From the NCBI GenBank assembly GCA_001770205.1, contig MEQL01000037.1, positions 1-64,000 on the forward strand: DNA of 64,000 nt, given 5' to 3'. The notes beneath the pieces are model-generated. The model made no database searches. It saw nothing but the letters and a program-made list of their open reading frames with translations, and was not told the DNA's origin. Position numbers and translations under genes: made by a program. Numbering within the stretch: position 1 is the stretch's first letter; the number at the start of each line of letters is the position of its first letter. This DNA comes from Bdellovibrionales bacterium RIFOXYD12_FULL_39_22 (lineage in GTDB: Bacteria > Bdellovibrionota > Bacteriovoracia > Bacteriovoracales > Bacteriovoracaceae). Positions 37,827-46,830 of the stretch are shown in pieces.

Positions 37827-38939
37827 CTACCATTCAGTTAAAAAATTGCGGTCCATAAACCTATTTTGCACAATTTCATTTTCTAATATGATTGAGTTTT
37901 TTATTGATGTTTTTCCAAGTATTTTTGCCCCTGATAAAACGATACTATTTTCAATTAAAACATCACTGTCGATAGTAACATGTGGATAGATCAGCGAGTT
38001 CACAATTTGGGCCGATCCGCTTGATAAGTCTGGCACAATAATAGAATTTTTTATTCTTCCGCTGTCTCTCACATATTTTCTTGATATTTCGGGGTAAATG
38101 GTGCGAGGCATATTATCTATAGTTAGTTCGGAATCTTTTGCTAGTAAATTAAGATTCGATTGCAAATATCTTTCTACTGTCCCTAGATCTTCCCAGTAAT
38201 TTTTAAAATAAAAGCATTTGATTGTTTCCTTTCCTGCTAGCATTGCGGGAATGATATCTTTACTGACGTCGTGACGCCAGGAGGTTTTTGCCAATTTTTC
38301 CAAATATTCCCAGAGTTTTATTTTGTTAAAAAAACAGACCGCCGAAAAAACATATGACGATGTTGGATTGGGACATTTTTCGACAAAGTTAATAAGATTT
38401 TCTTTCTCATCAACTTCTACCATTCCAAAGAGCTTTACATATTCTAAGTCAATTTTTTGGTAACCAATTGTTAGTGCTGCATTGCTCTCACGATGCAATT
38501 TATACATTTCGTGATAGTCAAAATTGTAGACATGATCGCTATGCAAAAGGAGTAGATCATCGACATCATCAGTAAAAATAAATTGGGAATTTTGAATAAG
38601 TGCATCCGCGGTTCCTTCTTCTTTAGGTCGTATAAAGCGGGAAAAGACTGTTTCCAAATCTTCATGATGAACTCTATCATAGTATCCAAAATTTAATGTT
38701 AATCCTCTATTATTTGGTTTGGCCCAAGTGTCCAATAAATACTTTGTTAATTTTTTTTCTTCAAAATAAGACAAAAGCACTAGTTCCGAAATATTTGACC
38801 TCAATACATTGTTCAAAGAAAAATCAATTAAGTGACAACAGTTTCCGTAGGGGATCAGCGGTTTCAGGCGATTTTGTCCCAAGCGTCTCATGCGGACACC
38901 TAATCCTCCGGCCAATAATAATGCCTTTACCCTTTTCAT
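37827..38939 (-). CDS. GlgC-like nucleotidyltransferase, valienol-1-phosphate guanylyltransferase (AcbR/ValB)-like
   Basis: LLAGGLGVRMRRLGQNRLKPLIPY..LIDFSLNN, GTADAL, DHVY, FVEK, YWEDLGT, beta-helix tail. N-terminal loop is ValB-like rather than the GlgC GxGxRLxPLT..RAKPAV. Confidence 0.85.
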   Translation of the reverse strand: MKRVKALLLAGGLGVRMRRLGQNRLKPLIPYGNCCHLIDFSLNNVLRSNISELVLLSYFEEKKLTKYLLDTWAKPNNRGLTLNFGYYDRVHHEDLETVFSRFIRPKEEGTADALIQNSQFIFTDDVDDLLLLHSDHVYNFDYHEMYKLHRESNAALTIGYQKIDLEYVKLFGMVEVDEKENLINFVEKCPNPTSSYVFSAVCFFNKIKLWEYLEKLAKTSWRHDVSKDIIPAMLAGKETIKCFYFKNYWEDLGTVERYLQSNLNLLAKDSELTIDNMPRTIYPEISRKYVRDSGRIKNSIIVPDLSSGSAQIVNSLIYPHVTIDSDVLIENSIVLSGAKILGKTSIKNSIILENEIVQNRFMDRNFLTEW

Positions 38940-38945
38940 AAAATC

Positions 38946-40424
38946 CTATTCTCCCTTTGAGTCGAGTTGAGTACTTGTTGGTATGTTTTTTAGAAGATAG
39001 GAGATATCGACATATTTAAATTGCCCCCGGCCGTTATAGGAATAATTATATTCTAACTCTTTTAAAAGCCGAGAGTAATAGCAAATCATTTCAAAGATTC
39101 GAAGATTTTCTTTCCCATAACTATTGCTGATGAGTGACTCTACTTTTTCCATCCACAAACTAGTAGCTAAAATCAAATTTTGCAGTTTTTTACTGCTACT
39201 TGAAAAATCCATGTCATTTAGTAGCAACATGATGATCTCATCTTTATCTGCCCATGGCGGAATCATCTTGGCCACAACATCTTGTAGTTCACTATATGAA
39301 AAATACTCAATTGATCTTTTGATTGAAACCAAATCCACCAGCGTTGATTGGGGTCTAATTCCATCACTATCAAAAATTTGCGGGTCGATAAAAGCGACTC
39401 GTTGATCCTCTCCAATAATAATATGAGACATGTGTAAATCGTTGTGGGCGTCAGTGGCACTGGGAATTAGTTTCTCTTTATTTTTGTCAACATATTTATA
39501 AAAACTTATAAGCTCTGATAGCGCGTTAGCAATTATTTTATGGTATTTGTCAAACTGCTTGTCTTTATTGATCAACGCTGAAAGCCACTTTATTTTTTCT
39601 AAATCGCTGCTTATAAAATCGAAGTTGGCAAAATTATTGTTTTTTGAATTTAATAAAGTGTGATAGCGCCGCAAATCATCACCAATCTTTACAAGCAGTG
39701 CTCCCAGCGATTCATCGATAGCATTGCTTACGATGTTTGCAATGTTAACTTTTTTTTCATCTCCTGTTACGATGGATGAAAAAATTTGTCTTATGCTTTT
39801 TCGAAGTACCACGTCTAGACTATCTCCAGTAAAAAACTCTCTAATCTCTATCAGTCGAAACTTTTCTCCGCGTGTCCTATTGTTGTAGGCAAGAGTGGCC
39901 AGGGTAGTATCGTGCAACGCCCTATCCCAATAATTGAAACAATCTCCACCTTGCACATGATTTAATCTCTTTAAAATTTTGCAGGTGAGATGTCTTCCTT
40001 CGGCATTAAAATAGAAGTTGTGATTAGTTGATTCTGGCAAGACTTTCAAATTTTTCAAATCCAATAGATCCTTTTGAATGAATGCTCCGTGAAACTCAAT
40101 CGTGGCCCCTCCCGCCGTGGCCAAGCTTTTTATGGCGGCCAGATGGGCAATTACAAAAAGCCCTGATAGGGGAGAAGATTCCATCTCGCGAATAACCAAA
40201 CCATCTCGGACAATAATGGGGATGAAATAGTATAAATCTTTTGTTGATGCTTTTGCGTTTACTATTATCAAGTATACGCTTTCGTTGTTTTCGATTTGAA
40301 ATGATGCATAGTCATAAAGAGAAAATTGTAAATCATAAGATGCGAGATCTCCAAACCACCGTTTGGTTCTAATAAATTCTGGAAGTTTCTCTGTAACAAA
40401 TTTTTTTAGTGTTCTATCAATCAT
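38946..40424 (-). CDS. Maltokinase/APH-fold kinase, AcbU-like cyclitol 1-kinase
   Basis: N-cap KRWFG, ESTN, HNDLH, FIDP, DLVSIKRSIEY, ELEYN motifs; sits between the AcbV-like and AcbR-like genes. Start moved to ATG 40424. Confidence 0.75.
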   Translation of the reverse strand: MIDRTLKKFVTEKLPEFIRTKRWFGDLASYDLQFSLYDYASFQIENNESVYLIIVNAKASTKDLYYFIPIIVRDGLVIREMESSPLSGLFVIAHLAAIKSLATAGGATIEFHGAFIQKDLLDLKNLKVLPESTNHNFYFNAEGRHLTCKILKRLNHVQGGDCFNYWDRALHDTTLATLAYNNRTRGEKFRLIEIREFFTGDSLDVVLRKSIRQIFSSIVTGDEKKVNIANIVSNAIDESLGALLVKIGDDLRRYHTLLNSKNNNFANFDFISSDLEKIKWLSALINKDKQFDKYHKIIANALSELISFYKYVDKNKEKLIPSATDAHNDLHMSHIIIGEDQRVAFIDPQIFDSDGIRPQSTLVDLVSIKRSIEYFSYSELQDVVAKMIPPWADKDEIIMLLLNDMDFSSSSKKLQNLILATSLWMEKVESLISNSYGKENLRIFEMICYYSRLLKELEYNYSYNGRGQFKYVDISYLLKNIPTSTQLDSKGE

Positions 40425-40425
40425 T

Positions 40426-41724
40426 TTACTTTTCCGGCCCAATTGTCCTCAGAACTTTTTTCATCCTTTCTAAAACTTCCATCAACACATTTTCTTCTGT
40501 TATAAAAGGAGGGGCCAGGCGAACAATATTGCCACCAAGACTCACCTTTATCCCATCTTTTATGCACTTTAAAAAAAATTGCCTTGCATAATTAGCTGAT
40601 GGCCTTTTTGAGTTTTTATCTTCGACAAACTCGATTGCGTGTAAAAGACCTATTCCACGAACATCTCCTACAAAGGAAAATTCATCCATCATCTGCTGCA
40701 ATTTTATTGAAATAATTTCACCTAGCTTTACAATATGCTGGCCCAAATTGAGGCGGGATAGTTCTTTTAATGTAGCAGCGGCGGCGGCCAGGCCCAGTGG
40801 ATTAGAAGCAAACGTTGAAGAGGATGAACCTGGAGCACTGAACTCATGGGAGTTTAAAATTTCTTTCTTTCCTGCCAAAACTGCGAAAGGAAATCCCGAG
40901 GCCAATCCTTTGGCCATTATCACCAGGTCTGGATTGATATTATAGTAGGAAGAGGCCAAAAATGATCCAACTCTTCCACCGCCAGTGACTACTTCATCCG
41001 CAACAAGCAATACTCCATTTTTTTGGCAGGCCCGGGAAATAATATCCCAGTATTCTTTTGGTGGGACGATCACGCCACCGGCCCCCTGTATTGGTTCAAA
41101 AAAAAGTGCGGCAACACTTTGGTTTTGACAGACTTCCGCCTCTACTTTCTGAGCACAAAGTATTTCGCATGATGGATATGAAAGAGAGAATGGACAGCGA
41201 TAGCAGTAAGCACGATATGCCAAAACAGAATCGGCCGGCAGTGAATTATTTCCAATTTTCCAATGAACCAGCATTCTGGCGCCTAACGTTTTTCCATGAA
41301 AACCATAACGAAGGGCGGCAAGTTTGGATCGTGCAGGTGATGCAAAACAAAATATTGCGCGAATGGCCGCCTCTACAGCTTCTGCCCCCGTAGTTAAAAA
41401 ACAGAAAGTGTCTATTTCCGCTGGTAAATTTTCCGCCAGTATTTTACAACACTCCAACCTCGGGGGAGTAGTAAAGTCATGCACATTCCATAATTTTTCA
41501 ATTTGCTTATGCAACGCTTCTCTAACAAATGGATTATTATGGCCAAGTGATTGGGTAAATATTCCGGAAGCAAAATCAAAATATTTTCTCCCCTCGATAT
41601 CATAAACATAAACCCCTTCGCCTCTTTCTAAAACTACGCGAGACAGCAAGGCCTCTTCTGAAATGCCAGCGACAAGATGTTTTTGTTCTTCGAAAATATA
41701 TTGATCTTGTATTGAATCACTCAT
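40426..41724 (-). CDS. Class III PLP aminotransferase, AcbV-like
   Basis: DFASGIFTQSLGH, LWNVHDF, TGAEAVE, FHGKTLGARMLVHW, YCYRCP, EPIQGAGG, DEVVTG, AKG (PLP lysine). Confidence 0.88.
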   Translation of the reverse strand: MSDSIQDQYIFEEQKHLVAGISEEALLSRVVLERGEGVYVYDIEGRKYFDFASGIFTQSLGHNNPFVREALHKQIEKLWNVHDFTTPPRLECCKILAENLPAEIDTFCFLTTGAEAVEAAIRAIFCFASPARSKLAALRYGFHGKTLGARMLVHWKIGNNSLPADSVLAYRAYCYRCPFSLSYPSCEILCAQKVEAEVCQNQSVAALFFEPIQGAGGVIVPPKEYWDIISRACQKNGVLLVADEVVTGGGRVGSFLASSYYNINPDLVIMAKGLASGFPFAVLAGKKEILNSHEFSAPGSSSSTFASNPLGLAAAAATLKELSRLNLGQHIVKLGEIISIKLQQMMDEFSFVGDVRGIGLLHAIEFVEDKNSKRPSANYARQFFLKCIKDGIKVSLGGNIVRLAPPFITEENVLMEVLERMKKVLRTIGPEK

Positions 41725-42080
41725 CCGCGTTTACTTGTCTGATAGACGATAATTAACATATCTTTTGTTCCGGTGTTTTCTAGGCCATGTTCTGCAAAGT
41801 GGGGGTTTTCGATGATGTCCCCAGGATATACCGCTATATTATTTCCATCTATCTGCATTTGTCCATTGCCTTCAACAATAATGTAGCGTTCGGTATTCTC
41901 TCCATGCATATGCAGGCCGATGGAAGAACCGGGAGGAACTATTGTGAAATCAATGAAATCAACCACCAGCTGGCCATCATCATTTGCATAAAGACGATGA
42001 GTTAAGACGTGGCCTAATCCACCGTGGCAATTTGGTTGTTTAACTAGAAGTTTCTCAAATAAGTTGAGTGCTCTTTTCAT
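41721..42080 (-). CDS. Cupin-domain metalloprotein
   Basis: PGSSIGLHMH...E.Y...G and PGD......HGLEN metal-binding motifs; ATGA overlap with the aminotransferase. Start uncertain (42080 or 42119). Confidence 0.82.
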   Translation of the reverse strand: MKRALNLFEKLLVKQPNCHGGLGHVLTHRLYANDDGQLVVDFIDFTIVPPGSSIGLHMHGENTERYIIVEGNGQMQIDGNNIAVYPGDIIENPHFAEHGLENTGTKDMLIIVYQTSKRG

Positions 42081-42143
42081 GGTGAAAAATATCGTAGCAG
42101 AAAAGATTGGATATTTCATGGATATTCTGACACATTTTATAAC

Positions 42144-45100
42144 ATGATAAAATTTAAAGAGAAGCATTTTTGTCTCCTCTTTTTCGTTCTACTAATCGCC
42201 ACAACTTCGCAGGCGATGGAGCTAAAAAAGACGGTGATGGTTCATCTTTTTGAATGGAGATGGACGGATGTAGCACAAGAGTGCGAAAAATTTCTAGGGC
42301 CCAATGGATTTAGTGCTGTGCAAATATCTCCACCCAACGAGCACGCTGTAATTAAAAATTATCCATGGTGGCAGCGATATCAATTTGTCAGTTATAAATT
42401 GGAAAGCAGAAGTGGCAACAGGCAGGAGTTTGTTGATATGGTGCAAAGATGCAATAAAGCGGGAGTTGCTATTTATGCCGATGTTACTTTAAATCACATG
42501 GCCGGATCATTTGGCCCGGATGATAGTGAACGAGTTGGATATGCGGGAAGCAAATTTGCCCACTATAACTATCCCGGTATTTATGAAAGGAGCGATTTTC
42601 ATTATTGCCAAAAACAAAACGATTCTTCACGCGAAATTAAAAGCTATAAGGATGCGTGGGAGGTGCAAAATTGTGAGCTGGTCTCTTTGGCCGATTTAGA
42701 TACTGCCTCAGAAAAAGTTAGAAGTACCCTTGCGGCATTTTTAAATGATTTGATTAGCATTGGAGTTCGCGGTTTTAGAATAGATGCTGCCAAGCATGTC
42801 TCGCCGGCGGACACAACGGCGATATTAGCAAAAGTAAGCAGTAAACCTCATATCTTCCAAGAATTTTATAATATCCCAGGGGAGCCATTTGATGTAAATC
42901 AATTCTTGCAAAATGGAGATGTGATTGAGGGGAGTTTTGGATATAGATTAACCGCTGCCTTTTTAAGAGATAAAATGATCACCCATGTAAAAGACATTGA
43001 ACAGGGACTGATTGATTCAAAAAGAGCGATCACCTTCGTTGACAATCATGATAAGCAACGAGAGATTAACTATTTAACGTATAAGCAAGGCAATCTTTAC
43101 GATATGGCCAATATTTTTATGCTCGCTTATCCCTACGGTTATCCGGTGATAATGTCAGGGTATCGCTTTGATCTAAAAGATCAGGGCCCTCCCTCGGACC
43201 AAAATGGAAATACAAAGCATATATATATCAAGGGAAAATTTCTATGCACTGAAATTGGTTTTTCCTGTGAACACCGAAAAAGACCGATTAAGAATATGAT
43301 TAGTTTTAGAGAATATACTGCGGGAGAAAAAGTAATCGACTGGTGGACAAACGATTTTAATCAATTTGCATTTGCTCGAGGCCGCAAAGGCTTTGTGGCC
43401 TTCAATAATGAAAACACAACACTGCAAAGGAAGTTAAGCACCCATCTTCTTCCTGGACGGTATTGCGATATTATTAGTGGGGACTTTGATTCTAAAAGTA
43501 AAACATGTACCGGTAATATTGTTGACGTAAATAACGAGGGTGTGGCCTTAATAATTCTCCCTCCTCATACATCATTGGCGATCTATGAAAAGGCCCGGAT
43601 GGAGACTCAAATAACACTCGTAGGAAATCTGCAAAAAACTTTAGGTGATTTTTCGGACTGGAATCCTTCTTCTTCTAAAACCAGGATGGAATATCTTGGC
43701 AGTGGGCTATATCATTTTAAAACCTTTCTTCCCAAAGGATCATATGAATACAAATTTGCCATAGGTGGCAGTTGGTTAGAAAATTACGGGCAAAATGGAA
43801 CTCTTTCCGGAAAGAATATTCCCCTCGTTGTTCCCGAGGGCCAAGAGATCATTTTTTATTTTAGCGATAAAACGCATAAAGGTACTTCTAGTCTAGATTA
43901 TAAATTACAAAGTAATCCGCCAGTGCTTTTTTTATCAGACGAGCGGATGATAAAACTAGTAGATCACAGCTTTAACAATCTTTTTTACACCACGGTAACT
44001 TTGCAAGATGGAAATTATAATTTTGTGGTGCAATATCAAAATAATAAATATCCACTTCCGCCCTTGAAATTAAATAGAATTCAAGATGTTTCGCTCTATT
44101 TCGATTTAAGCAAACTAGAGACATCTTTTGACTTACATACACTGGAAGAAGCTCAAATCCTTCATGATAGCTTCAATGATCTCTATCGAAAACCATTTCA
44201 TGCCATTGAAGAAAACGAAGCGATTACTATCAAGCTCTCAGTAATTCCAAACAAGTTAAAGAAAGTAGAACTTTTTTTGGTACAAGAAAATATTCAAAAG
44301 CGAGATAAGGTTGAATATACGGAATATAAGACTATTTCCATGAAAAAAACGGCAGAAAGTGATTTGAGGGAGTTTTGGTCTGCAACACTTACCTTTCCTG
44401 AAAAAGGAGTATATGGATATAAATTTCTCATTAACGGTAATGAAGAATATGGTGACGATCAATTTCCAGGAGGTGTTGGCCAACTATATAAAAAAGATGG
44501 CCGATATTTTCAGATTACGGCATATGATAAAAACTTCCACCCACCAGAGTGGTTGCAGCAGGGAATTATCTATCAAATTATTCCGGATCGTTTTTATAAT
44601 GGTGATTCCAAGAATGATTATGTAAAAAAATATGCGCGAGGCCTTGATCCTATTTTTCATAGTCAATGGAATGCGATTCCCTCCAATGGCGGGCCACTTG
44701 ATCACGATTCTTTTTACTGCAATGATTACTACGGAGGAGATTTACAAGGTATAATTTCCAAACTGGATTATCTGCAAGCAATGGGAGTTTCCATTATATA
44801 TCTTAATCCTATTTTTAACAGCGGATACAACAGTAAATATGATACTGGAGATTATCTTTCAATTGATCCAATGTTTGGAACAAATGATGAGTTTGCAAGG
44901 CTTGCTTCCGAATTACAAAAGCGTAACATGCGTCTCATCCTTGATGGAATTTTTAATCATGTCGGTGATGACTCTATCTATTTTGACCGTTACGAAAAAT
45001 ACCCTTGGGTAGGTGCTTACGAATATTGGAGCAAAGTCTATAAGAAAATTAATGATCAAAAACTATCAATTGAAGATGCAAAGAAAGCTACAACCCAAGA

Positions 45101-46241
45101 ACTTTTAAGTAACGGACAGAGGTTTCATCCATCAAATTGGCAAAACTGGTTTACCATCGAAAACAATTTTATTTCCACTCCAAAGAGAGGAGTGCCTCGT
45201 TTCCAATATGAGGAGTGGTGGGGATACGACAATCTGGCGGTGTTTAATGATCAAAGCGAATTAAATAATCCAGAATGGAGAAAATATTTTTTAGATGGCC
45301 CGGACTCTGTGGCGCAAAGATGGATTAGAGCTGGAAGCGCTGGATGGAGGCTAGATGTCGTTGCTGAGATGGATACAACCTTTATTAATAAATTTAGAAT
45401 GGCCGTCAAATCTCAAAAAACTTTAAGTGGAGATGAGCCTATTATTTTAGGAGAAGTTATTCCCGATGCTTCTCATTATTTGCTTGGTGATAAATTTGAT
45501 TCTGTCATGAATTATCGTTTTCTAAGGGCCGTAATAAAAGACTTTCTTGTTCGAGGTAAGGCGGAAGATGCTTATCAAATATTAACTAATGTTTTTCAAA
45601 GCTATCCACCAGAGGCACTAAGGGCAACAATGAATCTGCTTGATTCTCATGACTCCATGCGAGCAATTTATCAATTAGGTGGCGGGATTGCCAAAAAACA
45701 TTTGGTGGCAATCCCCGGGAAAAATTTTGACTACGAACTTGGAAAAAAAAGATTCAAAATAGCACTGGCCTTCATGATTGGCCTGCCGGGTGTCCCGACA
45801 ATCTATTATGGTGATGAAGTTGGTCTTTATGGTGGAGAAGATCCTGATAATCGCAGAACTTATCCTTGGGGACGAGAAGATGTTGGGTTGCTTGCATATA
45901 CAAAAAAAGTACTGAACTTTAGAAAAAAACATTCTGAGATTTTTTCTCGGGGAGATATCAAGACGTTGTACGCAAAAGGTGATGTCTATATTTTTAAACG
46001 ATCTTACAAAGATAGCGTTTTTATTTTTGGCCTTAACCGTGGAGATTCGATATTTGAAATGACTAAAGTTATTTCGGGGATCAATTTAAAAAAGTGGTGT
46101 GATATTATGCCGGAAAATAATAAGCAATATTTAGAGTTTTCGGTAGATCAAATTCCTCCGGCCTCTGTGCGCATTATTGAAAATTGCCAACATCGGCCAG
46201 ATACCCGAGTTTTACATTCGGGATTGTTTGGGAATGACTAA
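42144..46241 (+). CDS. Secreted alpha-amylase/amylopullulanase fusion with two GH13 catalytic domains
   Basis: Signal peptide (..TSQA). Domain 1: DVTLNH, GFRIDAAKH, FQE, FVDNHD. X25/CBM-like linker (DWNP..YEYKFA..W.ENYG). Domain 2: DGIFNH, GWRLDV, LGE, LLDSHD, YYGDE. Confidence 0.92.
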   Translation: MIKFKEKHFCLLFFVLLIATTSQAMELKKTVMVHLFEWRWTDVAQECEKFLGPNGFSAVQISPPNEHAVIKNYPWWQRYQFVSYKLESRSGNRQEFVDMVQRCNKAGVAIYADVTLNHMAGSFGPDDSERVGYAGSKFAHYNYPGIYERSDFHYCQKQNDSSREIKSYKDAWEVQNCELVSLADLDTASEKVRSTLAAFLNDLISIGVRGFRIDAAKHVSPADTTAILAKVSSKPHIFQEFYNIPGEPFDVNQFLQNGDVIEGSFGYRLTAAFLRDKMITHVKDIEQGLIDSKRAITFVDNHDKQREINYLTYKQGNLYDMANIFMLAYPYGYPVIMSGYRFDLKDQGPPSDQNGNTKHIYIKGKFLCTEIGFSCEHRKRPIKNMISFREYTAGEKVIDWWTNDFNQFAFARGRKGFVAFNNENTTLQRKLSTHLLPGRYCDIISGDFDSKSKTCTGNIVDVNNEGVALIILPPHTSLAIYEKARMETQITLVGNLQKTLGDFSDWNPSSSKTRMEYLGSGLYHFKTFLPKGSYEYKFAIGGSWLENYGQNGTLSGKNIPLVVPEGQEIIFYFSDKTHKGTSSLDYKLQSNPPVLFLSDERMIKLVDHSFNNLFYTTVTLQDGNYNFVVQYQNNKYPLPPLKLNRIQDVSLYFDLSKLETSFDLHTLEEAQILHDSFNDLYRKPFHAIEENEAITIKLSVIPNKLKKVELFLVQENIQKRDKVEYTEYKTISMKKTAESDLREFWSATLTFPEKGVYGYKFLINGNEEYGDDQFPGGVGQLYKKDGRYFQITAYDKNFHPPEWLQQGIIYQIIPDRFYNGDSKNDYVKKYARGLDPIFHSQWNAIPSNGGPLDHDSFYCNDYYGGDLQGIISKLDYLQAMGVSIIYLNPIFNSGYNSKYDTGDYLSIDPMFGTNDEFARLASELQKRNMRLILDGIFNHVGDDSIYFDRYEKYPWVGAYEYWSKVYKKINDQKLSIEDAKKATTQELLSNGQRFHPSNWQNWFTIENNFISTPKRGVPRFQYEEWWGYDNLAVFNDQSELNNPEWRKYFLDGPDSVAQRWIRAGSAGWRLDVVAEMDTTFINKFRMAVKSQKTLSGDEPIILGEVIPDASHYLLGDKFDSVMNYRFLRAVIKDFLVRGKAEDAYQILTNVFQSYPPEALRATMNLLDSHDSMRAIYQLGGGIAKKHLVAIPGKNFDYELGKKRFKIALAFMIGLPGVPTIYYGDEVGLYGGEDPDNRRTYPWGREDVGLLAYTKKVLNFRKKHSEIFSRGDIKTLYAKGDVYIFKRSYKDSVFIFGLNRGDSIFEMTKVISGINLKKWCDIMPENNKQYLEFSVDQIPPASVRIIENCQHRPDTRVLHSGLFGND

Positions 46242-46334
46242 TTTTTTTTATCTTGTTTGTGTCGGGAATCGTGTGATAATATTTACAAGGAATAACTGGG
46301 TCAGTGTTAACCAATAAACCACAGGGAGCATAAT

Positions 46335-46820
46335 ATGAAATTTTTAGTAATTATGATGGTATTGTTAAGTGTTTTTTTTAGTTGTTCTAGTCCGCAATCA
46401 ACAGGGGCATCGAAAATAGATAATCGAGACCTTGCCTCCTCTAATTGGGATTGGGTAATTAGATGTGATAATTCAGAAGATGGGAAGATAAGAATAGAAA
46501 AGAGAAACTGCTACTATGGTGGAACCTTCCACGAATCTCAGTATTGCGAGTGGCAAGCAGTCGTTAACGGAAAGAAAATCATCGACGAAATGAGGGCCGC
46601 CAAAGTATTTTATGATGGCCGGTCGACTGAAGAATATGTTATCCGCGAACTTAGGGATAATGGAGGTACTAATTTTACTGCGTACTCATATTATGGAGGA
46701 TATGACCTTCGATATATTATTGAACCGGTATCACCTGGAAGTCCAAATATGAAACTTTTTGCACGATCCCCTAGTGTAACCAAAGAATGGACTTTCTACG
46801 ACTGCTCTTTCCAAAAGTAG
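46335..46820 (+). CDS. Hypothetical lipoprotein
   Basis: GGGAG RBS, lipobox FFSC, NRDLAS motif. Confidence 0.72.
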   Translation: MKFLVIMMVLLSVFFSCSSPQSTGASKIDNRDLASSNWDWVIRCDNSEDGKIRIEKRNCYYGGTFHESQYCEWQAVVNGKKIIDEMRAAKVFYDGRSTEEYVIRELRDNGGTNFTAYSYYGGYDLRYIIEPVSPGSPNMKLFARSPSVTKEWTFYDCSFQK

Positions 46821-46830
46821 TTAGAAAAAA

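Noticed and set aside
35234..40424. Ordinary glycogen or trehalose operon (glgA, glgC, maltokinase, glucokinase)
   Set aside because: The GT lacks the GlgA KTGGL motif, the nucleotidyltransferase has a ValB-type N-terminal loop, there is no glgB/glgX/treS/glgE, and the genes are interleaved with a cyclase and an aminotransferase.
46197..46250. Hairpin plus T-run at the amylase 3' end
   Set aside because: The imperfect stem lies inside the CDS and is separated from the T-run; too weak to call a terminator.
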